Source: Antechinus flavipes (Eukaryota). From it: DNA of 64,000 bases. Below the pieces are notes generated by a model. That model ran no database searches and was not told the origin of the DNA. It saw only the letters and a list, made by a program, of their open reading frames with translations. Both the position numbers and the translations under genes were made by a program. The stretch spans positions 190,526,001-190,590,000 of the forward strand of contig NC_067401.1 of NCBI RefSeq assembly GCF_016432865.1. The letters are read 5' to 3'. Position 1 is the first letter of the stretch; the number at the start of each line of letters is the position of its first letter. Below are positions 1 through 17,200 of the stretch, one piece after another.

Positions 1-129
1 CCGGCTTTACTTGTCTCCAGCCCTCCTAATGAAGGTCAGGCTGAGTGACAGTATGCGGCAGATATTGGCAGGGAAGGTAGATAGATGGATCATGGGAAAT
101 AAATAAAGGAGGCAAGGCCCTGGAGCTCC

Positions 130-620
130 TTATCTGGAACGGAACTGGGGACTATTTTCGTTGTCCCGGGACTTCAAACTTCTTTCTCCGAGATTCCATT
201 TTCCTAATACAGATGGTCGCTCTAACCCCTCTCGTCTTCCCCCTCTACTTCTTTTAGCAAATGGAACATTCCAATCTGCCCCGGGTCTCTTTTCCCCCAT
301 TCGATCTGACACTAGGTTGCTAGGAACGCCTCCAGGGTTGCCAGGGAAAGCCCCGGACGTGACGCAAGATTGTCGTTCAGCCCCGAACTCCCATCCCAAC
401 CTTTTCTACGCTAGGGCGCTCTCCCCGCCTCCTGCCCATCCCCCACCTCTTCCCCCCTCTTTCTCCCTTCCCCCCCACCGGGGACTCTGGAATAGGGGGG
501 AAGTAAACAAGGGGAGAAACGAAGCTCACAGATCCAGGCAAGGGTGGGGGGAGCGAGCAGAGTGCGGATCGGAGAGCGTGGGGGGCACGCGCGACACTTG
601 CATATATTCCCTGGGGATCC
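130..620. promoter_or_regulatory. CpG-rich PPT2 promoter / 5' region
   Basis: Local CpG enrichment, a TGACGCAA CRE-like motif near 360 and GC-rich boxes upstream of the PPT2 exon-2 acceptor (931-933). Confidence 0.6.
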
Positions 621-941
621 AGGCTGCTGCTGAGACTGCAAAATGGGAAAAGGGTTGGTGGGAAGTGGGTGCATAGAGCATCCTTGGTGGGGGCCTATCT
701 GGAGGAAAATTTGGGACTTGGAACAGAAAGGCGTTGAAGGAGCCCAGAATTGAGTCGGGGCTGGGAGAAAAGTTGGTGTAGATCACAGGACATAGATTGC
801 AAAGTACAAGGGGTGCACTAGATCTGGAACTCTGGGTAGAGTTAGGGGAGGAAGATGGAATTCAAGAAGCTTGGGTTCTTGAAGCAGAAGGATGATCTCT
901 TTATCTCCTGTTCTATCTTGTCCTTCTTCCCAGACTGGAGC

Positions 942-3900
942 ATGCTGGAGTCCTGGAGGCCCCGATTCCCCACGCTGGGAGTCGTGTTCATATTGGCCTT
1001 GCTGCCTCTCCTACTGCTCACGGCTCCGCAATCCCCCAAAGCTCCCTACAAGCCTATCATCATAGTGCATGGACTCTTTGACAGCTCTGCCACCTTTAGG
1101 CACCTGCTGCAGTACATCAACCAGGTGTGTGTATGTGTGCAGGGGGAAAGAAGGGGAAGGGAGGAAGCAAGGGAACCTTGGGTACAAGGGAACAGTACTT
1201 GGCTTCCTTTCAAACTCACTGGGGCCTTCCTGTGGGTTCTCCACGGGAGTTGATGCTGATGTGGAGAAAGACAGGGGGGAAAAAGGACACTTGGGCCCTG
1301 ATCTTGGGATGAGAGAAGACTCACCTGAGAGGTACAGCAATGGGAATGTGGAGGGTTGTCTCACACTGGCTTATAAATGCCCTGATTTAGTCTGTTTCAC
1401 TCCAGACCCATCCAGGGACACTGGTGACAGTGTTGGATCTCTTTGATGGGGGAGAAAGTCTTCGACCACTATGGGAACAGGTACAAGGCTTCCAGAAAGC
1501 TGTGACCCCTATCATGGAACAGTCTCCTCACGGAGTACATCTCCTCTGTTATTCCCAGGGTATGAATTTTTGTACCATATTGCTAACCCTGACCTCCTTA
1601 ATTTGTGACCATTCCTCCTTCACTTCTTACCCCATCTCTTACCTCTGAACTCTGCTGCTAATCTCTGATGCCAAAGAGTGACCCTGGCATTTCATCCCAT
1701 TTTGACTATTCCAGTCCCCTTCTTACTCACTATAGACTTTCTGATCAATCATTTGTGCCTTCTCTTTCTCCTCCTTCTCCTTACTCCTATACCCACTGAT
1801 ATATTCAACTTATATTATTTTGTCTTTGTATGTATCTGGCGAGAGTAACACCCAGCTCTGTTTCCATGCACTCCCCTTTACTCCCCAACTTCCCACATTC
1901 TTTCCTCTCTTTGGATCAATGAGATGATTGCTTCCTCCATTCCCCCACCATGCTACAGGAGGCCTCATCTGCCGGGCCCTACTCTCTGTTATGGATGAAC
2001 ACAATGTGGATACTTTTATCTCCCTCTCATCTCCACAAATGGGGCAGTATGGAGGTGAGTAGATACTCCTGATACCTTCATCTCTGAGGGGAAGGGAAGA
2101 GTGGGGACAGCTTCTGGATTTCCCAAGAGAACAGAAACTGGAGAGGATGCGAATCTGGATTTTCCAAGTCCTTGAAGGAGCAGGAGCTCCTTTTTCTGGG
2201 TCTCAGAGGAGCTGGGCCTTGGGAGGGCATAATCTGAGTTCCCCTTTTCTTAGCTCTCTGAAGAATATGGAAAGGATAAGTGCCTCAATTCCACCTGGCT
2301 GTGGCTTTCCCTTCCCAGACACAGACTACCTGAAATGGTTGTTCCCCACCTCCATGAGGTCTAACCTATACCGAATCTGCTATAGCCCGTGGGGCCAGGA
2401 ATTCTCCATCTGTAACTACTGGCATGGTGAGAGGAGGAAAGAGAACTTAGAAAAATGGGTTAGTGGCAGTGAGTGGGAGGGTCCAACTCTTTGTTTTTCA
2501 CTCTATTTTTCTGTTTGTTTTTCTTATGTATCTGTATATATTTTAAATTCTTTAAAGATCTGTAATTTCCTAAGTGTGGGTACCAATTTTCGCCAATTCA
2601 AATGGAAACCCCTCTGTGATTTAGTAGATGTTTTTAAAGAGTTTAGTGTGGCTGAAAAATTCATTAGATTATGGTCAAGCTGGTGATATTTCTCTTTAAT
2701 ATAGACATGAAATATATATCATAGATATACATTTGTGAACAGTTGTTCATTGTATAGAATATTTGTATACATTAATATATTTTATTATATATTGTATAAA
2801 ATATTTATATATATTATTATATACAGTATATAATTTGTATGCATTATTAATATATTAATATTTTTATTATATATAGATATAAATATCTATTTCATAGCTA
2901 TCTCTATTATCTTCTCTAGAATTTATAGTCAGAATTGCCTAGAGAACTGGGAAGTTAAGTGACTTGACTAGTTTACTCAGCTAATATGTGTTAAGTCAAA
3001 ATTTGAACTCAGGTATTCCTGAATTCAAATGCAGATTTCTATCAAATTTTTCATCACACAAACCCACAAAACTTATTTGTAATATATACACCCACTCTGT
3101 CTGTCTCCAGATCCCCACCACCCAGACTTATACCTCAATGCCAGCAGCTTCCTGGCACTTATCAATGGAGAAAGAGATCATCCGAATGCCACTGGTAAGA
3201 TACCCTGACAGTTCTCCTACTTCTTCCCTCTCCCCAGCTTGTCTCCCCACCCCTTTTATAGTTCTCTCCTCCTTTTAGGGCTTCATCCCCCTGTCTCTTC
3301 TTGATTCCTTCATTTAAACCTAACTTCTCATTTTTTCTTTCCTGGGCAGTATGGCGGAAGAACTTTCTCCGTGTGAAGCGTGTGGTTCTGATTGGGGGAC
3401 CCGATGATGGTGTAATAACTCCTTGGCAGTCCAGGTTGGAGACAGTGGAAAAAAGGGGTTATGATAGACCGTGGGGTCTGGGGAGTAAAGGCTAATTGAG
3501 GGACAAGAAGCTGTCTGGTACAGCAGAAGTAAGAGGAACATGTGTCACCTAGGGAAGAAAATTCACCAGCTTTTCTTCTTTCCACTCCCAAAATCTTTTC
3601 AGTTTTTTTGGCTTCTATGATGCAAATGAAACAGTATTGGAGATGGAAGAGCAGCAGGTAAGAAGCACTTATAACTCCTATTCCCCTAATTGTCTTCTGA
3701 GAGAAACTCTGACTCTAAATTTCCCCCCAATCTGGAAGGAAATTCAGCTCTGGGACTGAAATATCTTTTCCTTCACACATCTCCCTGTCCCTTCTCTCCC
3801 CTCTCCCCCCCACCCCCGTATCTCTACCTCTCTTTCTCCTCTGTCCAAGGTTTATCTCCTGGATTCATTTGGGTTGAAAACCCTCTCTGCTCGAGGGTCC

Positions 3901-3993
3901 ATTGTGAGGTGTCCTACACCTGGGATTCCCCACACTGCTTGGCACTCGAACCGCTCACTCTATGAAGCCTGCATTGAACCTTGGCTTTCTTGA
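942..3993 (+). CDS. PPT2: Lysosomal thioesterase PPT2, 302 aa, 8 coding exons
   Basis: Exons 942-1124, 1406-1559, 1959-2054, 2319-2426, 3111-3194, 3350-3434, 3603-3657, 3850-3993 (909 nt, all GT-AG). Signal peptide, then [13 protein letters not shown], nucleophile motif [26 protein letters not shown] and C-terminal CIEPWLS*. AATAAA at 4590-4595. Confidence 0.97.
2690..2900. repeat. AT-rich low-complexity (TA/TAT) tract in a PPT2 intron
   Basis: Degenerate (TATA/TATT)n sequence read directly. Confidence 0.75.
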
Positions 3994-6413
3994 GAGCATT
4001 CTTGGATAGCCCAAGAACTCTAAACCTGGAGATGCCAAGCCTGTCTCTTTGAAGATCCAGCAATGAGCCCTGGCTGTTCTATTACCTCCTGGCTGTTTGA
4101 CTTCTACCAAGCTGCTGCTTCGATTAAAAGGGGCCTCCTAGATCTACAACCTCCCAGCTATCTGACCTTCTTCCCTCTCTCATCCCCATATCCTCTCGTT
4201 CTGGGAGGAAGGTAGAAAATTGGATTTTAATCTTTTGGCTGCTGCTGTCCCTGTACTTTGGGGATGTGAAGGGAGATCCCAGTACTTTCTTTCATAACGG
4301 GAGTTTCCTCTAAGTGACTCAGGACATTTCTAGTTTCTCTTCCTCATGTATTCCCTCAGCCTCCAGGAGGACATTTTGGAGTGGGAGATCCCCCAATGGG
4401 ATGATCCCAGGGACAAATCTGTTTTTGAATTATCAGTATTGGGGTATCCATGGCTTATAAGCCTGTCTCAGGCTTGGGGTAGTCCCTACCCTCTCTCTTT
4501 GGGATCTCCCGTGGAAGCTGTTTCTCTGAAGATCCTACTCCATAAACCCCATCTTTGTGTAAAGGGGATGTTTTCTCTGTATTTATGGAAATAAAATTCC
4601 ATTTGTTCAACATAAACTGGTTTATTCTCTAGTTATGGGGGTCAGTACTTCTGTTCTTAAAAAAGGTGGATAGTGGGGTGTTTGGATCCTAGAGTGGAGG
4701 CATTTGTCCTCTCAATGCCCATTCTGTTTGGGCTCTTGATTCTCCCCAGGTTTGTTCCTGTTGAGGACAGTCCTCTTCCTGTTCTAGCCCTAGGAGTGGG
4801 GGACATAGCCAAAGACACCAGAGGCCTGAGTCCAAGGAGCACTCAGTAGGCTGAGGCCTACTAGGTGGAATGTCTTTCTCTGCCACCCCCCTTCCATTCC
4901 CCATCTTCCCCTCTTCAAGATATGGAAGCTGTGGAGTGGGAGTTAAAAGAGGCATCATTTGGGCCCTTTTTTGACCTTTATGGGGTTGGGTGGGTGTGGG
5001 TGAGTTAGTACTAGACAATAAGCCTCCTTTTCCTCCAGCAAGGAATGTTGATCTAGACAAGGGGGCCCTGTCTTCTCTGAAGTAGGGGGCAGACTGACTC
5101 ACAGCTTCTATGCCCCTCACAAATGCCAGAGGGTGCTAGAAACATTTCCTCCTGGGGCCCTAGCTTACCCCATTTTGGAGAGGGAGGGCATATTCTCTCT
5201 CAAACTACCTTTCCCCTTTTCCCCATATACTGGCCCACATTTATTCATTTTTATATTCCCATCTTCCTCTTATCAGGTCCATTTATATATTTTCCTCCCT
5301 CTCTAACCCTGACATTCTCTCCTGACCTCCTAATAGATCTTAGTCTCACTGATGGGAAATGGGGACTTGGGACCACTGGACCTTGCTGAAAGGAAGCTTC
5401 TGGGGTCTTAGGGATTATAAAAGATGGGGAGATACAGGTTGGAGAAAGCTCCTTTGCAAAGGTTTATTGGAGTTGAGTTTGAAAAGTATGTGAAAACTTG
5501 ACCTTAAATTTCCTGGCCTGGTGCTAACATTCACAGGATCTCAGCTAGTAGCAAAGGGAATAAGGTGGAGGCGGGGAAGAGAGAGCAGAGATGGGAGGCC
5601 CTATATCTAGCCCAACCCCTTCTCTCTTAGCTTTCCTACTTGATCCTGCCTGAGACTTTTGTCTGCAGCAATTCCCAGTGGACTGAGGGAGAGAGAAAGC
5701 CCAGGTGGGAATGGATATGGGGTAGGAAGGGGGTGGGGTGGGGAGGGAAAGAAAAGGAAAAGATGTTCTGATCAAGCTGAGGGATGAATATGATTTAGAG
5801 GTGGAGGATGTTGATATCACTCAAGATTTTGGTATGGAAGAAGCATATGTAAAAGGTGTAGGTGTAAGGATGTCTGTTTGGGATATTTGTAAAATGTAAT
5901 TCGGTTCCACAAACACGTGCTATTTTGTGCAAGGCACTATTTAAGATATGTGTCTGTAGAAAGATCAGAGCATTATTTCAGGAGAAGAGTGTCTGGGAGA
6001 TGAGAAACATGGAAATAATGGACAAGGTAGAAGGGAAGACAAGAGTCATAGGGGAGTATATTAAATAAGAGGCATATGTATGCATGTCTCTTATGTGTCT
6101 GGGTAGCAGTGCTTTGTAAAAAGAGAAGGAATAAGGACATATGCAAGGTGTTTAGAATATGTTGGCAAGTATTAGAGGAGTATATGACTGGACACAACTG
6201 TAAAGAAAGGTGAAGATTGCTACAGGTAGTGAGTGAGGGGGTATGGCCATAGTCACCTCACATTCAGCTTGAGAGGTACACGAATGAGGGATTCCTCCTA
6301 GGGTTTTGAGAGGCTCAGAGCAGACAGGAATAAGTGAGAACACTCGTTCATTCATTAACTCCTTCTTACTCCTTTCAGGATAGCAACGTGTGACCCCTCA
6401 TATACAAGTGATC

Positions 6414-8731
<2,318 letters not shown>

Positions 8732-10834
8732 AAGCCCTTTTGGACAGCAACACTTTCTGTTTTCAGTGCCTACCCTTCACCTTCTCTGCCCAGGGAAATT
8801 ATTGCTAAAGGAATTAAAACAGCTGCAAATCTGGACAGAAAATGTCATCTGCATGCAGAAACAGAACTAAGGAGATTGAATGTAAATCAATACATGCTAT
8901 GTTCACTTCTTTTTTCTTTATCTTTCCCATGGTTTTCCCCTTGTGCTCTGATCTTTCTCTCCCAATAATTCAAAAAGCAATATGTATTAAAAATAAATTT
9001 ACTATTAAAAAAACAAACTACAGAGCTAATTTCCTAAGGATATTGTTGGAAAAAAAAGGATCATTTGTACAAAAATGTCTATTGAAGGATTTTTTTTTTT
9101 TGTCAAAAGCTCATATGTAACTTGTGTCTAGTAGTTGAGGATAGCTGAATGTATTATAACAAATTGTAATATTACTGTAGCATAAAAATGATTTTTTAAA
9201 AAAGCTGCCTAAGGGAGAGGCAAAAATATTCTTTTACTGCAGCCCCGCCCCCTTTTAGCATAAGATGGGTTTGGACCACAGAGATCTTTCCCCCAACAAG
9301 ATACAACACACGGAGTCCTTCCATCTCCCTTTATTCTCCATATTTCGCTATTAATCCAGATAATAAAAACCATCGGAGCCAAGCAAACTCTTGGACTGCC
9401 TCTTTCATCCCCTCCAGTCCCACCCTCTTGAGGTAGGAGAGGAGAGTATTTGGAAAGGAGGAAAGGGCAGTCCTGGTACCCGTGATAGGGGAGATTACTG
9501 GAATACGGAGGCCTTGGGAGGAAAAGCAGAACCAGTTGGGAGAAATGTCAGGGAGTCCCCTCACCTCCCCAGATCACACTGGCCTGGGGTGGGGGAAAGA
9601 GTAGGACCATCAAATGGTCCTTCTTTCCCCACCCACCCTCTCATTAATGCTCATCAGGTTGGGGAAAGGGCATCAGCAGGACTGAGTTCCCCCAAAACAA
9701 GAATGGGGCTTCTCTTTTCCCCTCCCACCCAAATGGGGATGTGCTACTTAAGGCTGGGATCCTCTTCTAGGCTGGGAATGGCTGCTAGGCAAGGAAGCCT
9801 AGATTTGGCTGGGATTCTCCTCTACCCCTTTTTATAATCAGCCTCGAGCCTTTCCCTTTGGACTTTTAACACTGAGAGCTTTTGGCTGCCAATCTGGACA
9901 ATGGGAGGTGGGGGAAGGGCAGCTCCTCAGCAGCAAAGGAAAGAAAAATAAATTAAAACCTACTCCAGCTCCCTCTAATCAGCTTTCAGCTCTTCCTACC
10001 AAACGTCCTAGAGTAAGAAATTAATGCAGCACCTGTAACTCCACCCTTCCCAAAGGTCTGGGCCTAAGGCCTAAGGACTGTGTTGGAAAAGGACTGGGTT
10101 GGGCTGGTCTCCTGCTTCTCCAGGGGAATTTTTAAGAGTGTACTATCTCTGGAGTGTGCCACCCACAAGTCGAAAGGGAGGAGGAGAAGGAAAAGGAAGA
10201 GAAGAAGGGAAAGAACAAGGAATTCTTTGTGTCAGTGGAAAATGAGTATCGCCGGCAAAATGGACTGTACCAAGAAAAAGGGGAAGGTACAAGTCCCTAG
10301 GAAAGAGGACTCCACAAAAATTCATTGGGGTAAGGGGTGCAAAGAGGAGCTCTCGTCTGGGGTCTTCCTCGAGTCTGCGCCCCCGAGTTGGATAAGTCCA
10401 TTTGCATCCAGAGAGTTGGGAAGGGGGTAGAAGAGAAAGAACAGAGCACTTCCATAGAGGCGGATGAGTACACAAATCATGGGTGGGGAGAAGAGGGATC
10501 TTCCACTATGGGGTGGGAATGGTCCATGCCTAATGGAACATACCACTCAGGAGACAGAGAGGGGAGCAGAATGTTCCACAAATAAGATGAGAGGGAGTGT
10601 GTAGTCGGGAAAATCCAGAAAGGGATTGGGAAGAAAGAGGAAAAAGGGTGGAAGAAAAGCGCTTTGTCCATGTCCACTTCGGAAGCTGAAGATTCGGAGT
10701 AGAGAATTATGGGAGGAGTGGCTTGGCTGTACCATAAAGGAGAAATGGGATGGGGGAAGTGAAGAGGGAGTCAGGCCCAGTCCAGGGACCATTAGGCTTG
10801 GGGAGGGAACGTGGAGGAGTGGTAGGAGGAAGGC

Positions 10835-13800
10835 TCAAGGGCCAGCCTCACCAGCCCCACCAGGTTTCTTTAGATAGTCACCCCCTCCCCGGCCATCAGT
10901 AGAGATCTCCCGAAAAACTGTGAGCATGGAGTGACGGATTCTGTCAGCGAGGTCCGGCACGTTGTCTGGAGTCAGCCCTTCTGTGGCTACAGGGGGAAGC
11001 ACCCGTACCTGACATGTTCCTGGGGATGGGAAAACACAAGCTATCATTCCAGGTCTTTCTTCAATTTTTCATCTCCCTTTATACTCTTAAAAAAAGCCTT
11101 TGCTCAAGCCTCATTGGCAAACTTACACATTCTTGCCTGCAGACAGTAAATTTATCCTTTCTGCCCCTATGCCCCTTCTATTTTCTCCTCTCTACCTCCA
11201 ATATCTAAAACATTCAAAGAACCACTGAATGTCAAAGCTGGAAGGGACCATTTAGAAAATCAAGTCCAATGCCAGAGGAAATGAGGAGGGAAAGGAAGTG
11301 ATTTAAGTTAGTGGGATCACTGGAACTAGAACCTGTTCCTGACAGTTTAGTCCAATTATTCTTTCTGCTAGATGGAATCTGTAGTATACCAGTTATCAAT
11401 TCATCCAATAACCACAAAGGTGCCTCCAGTTACAAATATGGAGGTATGTTTCAGAAGCATTGTGGTTTAGTAAAGAGAGCATGGGACTTCAGTTTTACTG
11501 GCTATGAGTATGGGCAATTCACCTCTGTACAGCAGTTTCCTAATCTGTTGAATGAGGATAATAATAATTCATTACCTACAAGGTTGAAGAAAGCAACTGA
11601 AACTTTATAAAATGCTACACTCTCACTGTTATTCTGGAGCTGTTTCCTCCTCTACAAATTGATTCTTCACCAGATAGACACACCTCTACAAACAGAGAGG
11701 AGGTTACCTGAATGGGTCATCTAAAGGGGCTGGTGAAGAATCTCATAGAGAAATAGAAGCAGAGGGAAGAAAGTGGAGAAGGGAGGAGCAAAGATATGAT
11801 GCCTGCCCCAGGAGAAAGAAAACATTCAGAATGGTTCAAAATATTCTTCAAAAAAGGAAAAAAAAAAAGCATGACTTCTAATGACTGTTAAGGTCATGCA
11901 AGTAAGTTAGTACAGGGCCATTATTAGAACCCAGGTTTCTAGTCTCTTATGCAAGTACTCTTCCTTTCAAGACCCAGCTCAATCTCTGAAACCTTTCCTG
12001 ATTCACTCTAGCCCAAAGTGATCCATACTTTCTGCATTCTGTAAACATCAACACCTTTCTTACTATCTTGTATCTATTAGCTATTTTCTCATATGTTTTA
12101 AACCCTGGTTTCCTACTAGAGTATAAGTTCTTTGAAGGACATCTTTATGTCCACCACAGCATTTGGAATAATGATTTACATACATAGTAGCTATTCTATA
12201 TTTGTTGAGTCTGATTTCCAGGGACTTGACTAAGTAATTCAGCTCTGATGTTCTATGGTTCTATGACTAAATAATTTCCTGGCTTCTCAAAGACTCATAT
12301 TTCACTCTCCCTCCCACAATCCCACTGGCCACTCTACCCTCTCCCTACCAAATCTTCATGATCAACACCTGGGTCTTCTCACCTGAGGTGAAGCGCCGTT
12401 CTTTCTTGCAGTAGAAGTCTTTATAGGAGGACATGACAATGGGAATAATAGGGACCTGCAGGAGGGGTAAGGATAAAATCAGAGGACAGCCTCCTTCTTC
12501 AGCCCTCCTCCCCTGGTAGTCCCTTTATCCGATCAACTCCTGATGAGCTTCTCCCCTTGCTCATTAGCCCACAGAGAGTAAAGGGGTCTGGAGTTGGCTG
12601 GAAATTGGCAGGAGAAAGGTAATCTGTCAGTGGTCAAATGGGGAAACTGAATTCTGACCTGGGCCTGAACAGCAAGGTGGAAGGCGCCACGTTTGAAGGG
12701 AAGCATAGAGCCATTGTGGTTCCTGGTACCCTCAGGGAAAACCCAAACTCGGACCTAGGGAAGAAACTGGATCAGAGATAAGAAGAGACAGAGAACAAGC
12801 CAGAGATACAGCCAGTGTAATATAGAATGGAGAAGTTAGTGTCAAAAAACAGATGTAACTCCGGGATATTAGAGGTGCTTCTGTGTGGCTATTTTTTCCC
12901 CTTTTCCCAATGGATTTTTTTTTCCTCTTTTGGGTAACTCACGTTCTGGCTGAGCAGAGTTTGCGCAGCTTCAGCCATGACACTGATTGCGTCCCCAGTC
13001 CGTTTCCGGTCAATGAAGATGACTCCAGCCAACCAGCACGCTAGCCCTGCTGGCCCAGCCCATAGCAGTTCCCGCTTGGCAATGGGTACACAACGACCTG
13101 GGAGCACCTCCATCATTCCTAGGGCAGGGAAGTGGTAGTCATTGGAGCCAGTGAATATAATACTCACTCTCAGTGTCAAGAGCAGAAAATAGGTTGTGGG
13201 ACAGTAAGAAAAGTGCTTTTACTTGATGGGAAGAGTAATGGAATGACAGGAAAGTGACACCCAAAGGGTGTCAAGGATATTTTAGAAGGGAAAGAAGTAA
13301 TTTGGAGGGAGATTTACCTCCCAGGGAAGGTTCTCTAAAGGGAGATCAGACACCAGGTGGAGAGGGGTAGGAGAAGGAAGGAAGAAGAAGGAAGAGAAGT
13401 TCCTAATATAAATGGGGAGGAAATTCTCAGGGAGAAAACAGTAGGGAAAGGGGAAGCAGTACTTTCTAATATGAGAGGCTCTAGGAACATTTCCTATTGG
13501 GAACCAATGTATCTGGGGTGTGGGATAATGAATATCTCTAGGGTAGAAAGCTCCTTGGAGATAAGAGTTTTAAAACCTAGAGGGAGAAGAGGGTACTCTG
13601 GGAAGAAATTTTCCTATGGTTGTGAGAAAGGACTATCTTACCTAGTAGGTCAAGGGAGCTTTGGTGGTTGGAGACAACAACATAGGGCTGGGAGGGGGGG
13701 AAGTGATGGGCCCCTCGAACCTCCAGCCGGATCCCATACAGGTACTTGATGTGCAGCAGCATTAGTCGAAGGATCCTATGGGGATAGGCCCAGGATACCA

Positions 13801-14271
13801 CAGTTGAGTGTTTGTCAGAAAAGATCACATAGTTTTTCCACTTATTTCCCCAGTATTCCTCTAACCCACCCTCATCTTCTTGCATCTATCTTTTTCTCCA
13901 TTTTAATTTTCCCTTCTCTTTTTCTTTTCTTTTTTGCCTTATGTGTGTGATCTTTTTCCCCTGGGTCTTTCTATATCTTCCCCACTCTGTAATCCCTTGT
14001 GCCTGGTACCTCTAGTAATCCATTTCCCCCCACCCTGTTTTCATTTCCCATTCCTTGGGTTTCTCTCTCACTTCATGTTCTCCACGTTTCGTCCTCGAAG
14101 AGCACACACAGGAATGGCCAGCACTGCCAGGAAAAGGATCCAGCCGTTGTAGAAGGCCATTTTGCAGAAGTACTTGGCACTGGTGCTGTAACCCCAGAGT
14201 ACAGGCACCAGCAGCAAAAGTAGCAATAGAAAGAACAGCAGCATTGTCCATGGCCCTGGCCACAGCTCCAT
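10835..14271 (-). CDS. AGPAT1: 1-acylglycerol-3-phosphate O-acyltransferase 1 (LPAAT-alpha), 287 aa, 6 coding exons
   Basis: Exons 14271-14072, 13775-13642, 13118-12943, 12754-12659, 12455-12383, 11019-10835 (864 nt, GT-AG). Motifs NHQSSLD and FPEGTR. The track's GTG start at 14280 is the exon boundary; the true ATG is at 14271. Minus-strand AATAAA at 9335-9330. Confidence 0.97.
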
Positions 14272-17200
14272 GCTGGCCACCTGTAAGGAGCAGTGGGGAG
14301 GGAGGAGATAGATAGTGGGCCTGGAGCACTAGAAGGGAGATGTTGGGGGGAGTGGCCAACAGGGACCAGAGCAGAGAAACAATAAGACAAAAGTACAGTT
14401 GGGAGAGTAAGAATTTAGAGGGTCAGATTGGAGGGGGTGGAGGGGATGAGGGGCAAAGTCATGGTAGAGACAAGGGCCTTCCATTTCCAGATTCCCACCC
14501 AGCCAATCCACTTCTGAAAGATAGTAAGGACATAAGAATTGAGAAATCCTTCCTGGTTCCAACATAAACAAAAAGACACATATAAATGTACACACAAAGA
14601 GATATTTAAAAAAAAAAAAAAAGACGTACACAAAACACCCATCAGAATTGAAAGCAAGATAGTCATACCTATGAACAGCCTGATAGACACATATACATAT
14701 ATAAATACACTAAAACATATATATGGAAAAAGACAAATATAGATATATAGGGATAGGGACTAGATCTACGATTTCTTCACTCCCAAGTGAGGAAATTCCC
14801 TTTACCAATCTAGATCAGCACTTTCAATACAATTCATAGTTTATCCAGGGTCAAACAGCTATATGTATTGGATGCAGAATGTGAACCCAAGTCTTCGTGA
14901 CTACACAGCCACGTTGTCTCTCTCAGAGGCAGAGAGAGCTAAATACATCCAAAGAATCCCAATTTCACCCAAACTTTTCCCTTAGTCCCCGCTAAAAATA
15001 CAGAAAAATCTAAGGACAAAAGACAGATACAGATTGAACCCAGGAACAGAGAGCTGTGCTCCTCTTTTCCTCTGTTCCCCACCCAATATACAACCTCTCC
15101 AGGTATTAGAGGAAACATGATCAGGATTACATAGGTGACAAGTTAAGAATCCCACAGAACTGTAAAGAATCCATAGTATGTGAAATAAGAGGTGGGGTGT
15201 ATATGTGTCTAAGATCACACTACCTGCCTCAGGAGGAAGAAACGGATCAGGAGAAAAAGAAGACAATGTGACATGAGGAAAAAGAAGACAATGTGACGTC
15301 TCCCTCAGTAGTGGACACAATTTATCTTCCTTCTCCTCCCCCCATTAAGGGAAGGCAGTGGCTGACTTGAGTGTCAAAGGTAAAAGAGAGATCAATCCCA
15401 TTGGCCAAGTGTGATAACATCACAAGGAAGAAACATGTGACAAACACATACACATTTTCAAGTGGCCTGGCAGAGAAGACATAACTGAACAGGGACAAAG
15501 ACACTCATTGTACATCACCTATGCCTCTTTCTCTTTCCTGAGGATGATAATAACACTAAGCACACACTATATATTAGCTTAATTGAGTCAAGAATGACAG
15601 TAGGAAACACATAACAGACACTTAACAGGTGAGCACAAATGGAGAGGATAAGGGTCCTCATGTGGGGAAGGGGCAACCAGATCAGAGAATAAGTAGGCCT
15701 TGGGAATGAAGAAATGGTGATGGCAGAAGTCAACCTCCATGTGTAACAATCCTCTGAACACATATACACACACATACATATATGTACCAGGTGAAGAAGA
15801 CAAGAATGAAGACATGCTCACGCTGTTGATAACAATAACACCAGGTATTTAATACAGTGTAGTCCCAAAGACACTGTTTCTGACATGGAACATGATGTAC
15901 TCTAAGCACATGCACTACATGACAAAAGTATAACATGCTTTATAAAGAACACAGAAATCATGAGGATGTCATAACTACTGGAGAGGGAATGGGAAAGTGC
16001 ACAGGGAAAATTCAATAATATGAAGAGGCAGAATGGTGGTAACATAATGGAGGAATGAATATAACAAATGTAAATCATATGGAGATAACATTCAATGTAG
16101 TACAGAAACATAAAGAGTACTAATAAAATGCCTGGGGTGAAAATAACATGCCAAATCATTAAACATGCAAATGATGAAAGCAGTGGAATAAATGTTTAAC
16201 ATTAATAAAAACATGGACAGATGGGAGTGACATACTCATACACATGCCATATAAGTACACACTGATAAATTATAGTAGTAGTATAGATAACACGTCATGC
16301 AGAAATGTGGGTCAAGTCAAATACATGCAAGGACATATGAACATGAGATGGGTTTTGTGTCTGGAGATCCATTACTCTGTACATGGGCCATGTACACAAT
16401 TCCCTCAGGAATAAATATCTAAGAATATCCAGAGGATATCCAACCATAGAAGATTGCCAGATGTGTTACATAAACATATTGTTTACAAAACATTACAGGA
16501 AAGAAATGGTGAAATGGATGTTATCATATGACCAGAAATGCTATATAACATAACATAAGATATACATGCTCAAGCAATGCTAGAACTTCCTTAGAAAACT
16601 AAATGCAGCAAAAGGGGTTAATACAACATAAAGATATGTGTTAAAAATAAATTAAATAACGGACTCAGACACCTGATTGTCCTATAGGGCAATAATCACA
16701 GGTACAACTTGTGAAATGAAACAAAATATGCCATGGGCACAATGTGTATGTGTGTGTGTATGTGCATACATGTATATATATATAAAAACTATGTGAAGAT
16801 AACTACCTTGGTAGTGAAAGTCATGGGCAGAGCATATGAACATAAACACACAACTAATATGTAATGGAAAGATCTGAGAAGGTAGGCAATATATTTGAAT
16901 TTGAATATATAGATGTGTAAGGTATTTAAATATGCTCCAAATGGATATGATACACGGGACAGGTCATATTACATTATGTGATTGGACAAGTATGAACTTA
17001 GGAAAACAAAAGCATTATAGCCATCCTTCCTAAGGGGGAATGGATATAACATCCAGCTAATATGAGCACATCTGCCATAACCATGGATCATATGGGAGCA
17101 CATTCAACCATATACAGGCCACTATCTGAAGCATGCACACTCAGTGAAGAAAAGGAAACAAGACACGTGTGTCAGGAAGGGCCTAACATGCACATAGGAA

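Noticed and set aside
161-676. 171-aa ORF upstream of PPT2
   Set aside because: It lies in GC-rich promoter sequence with a non-ATG start and no homology I recognise.
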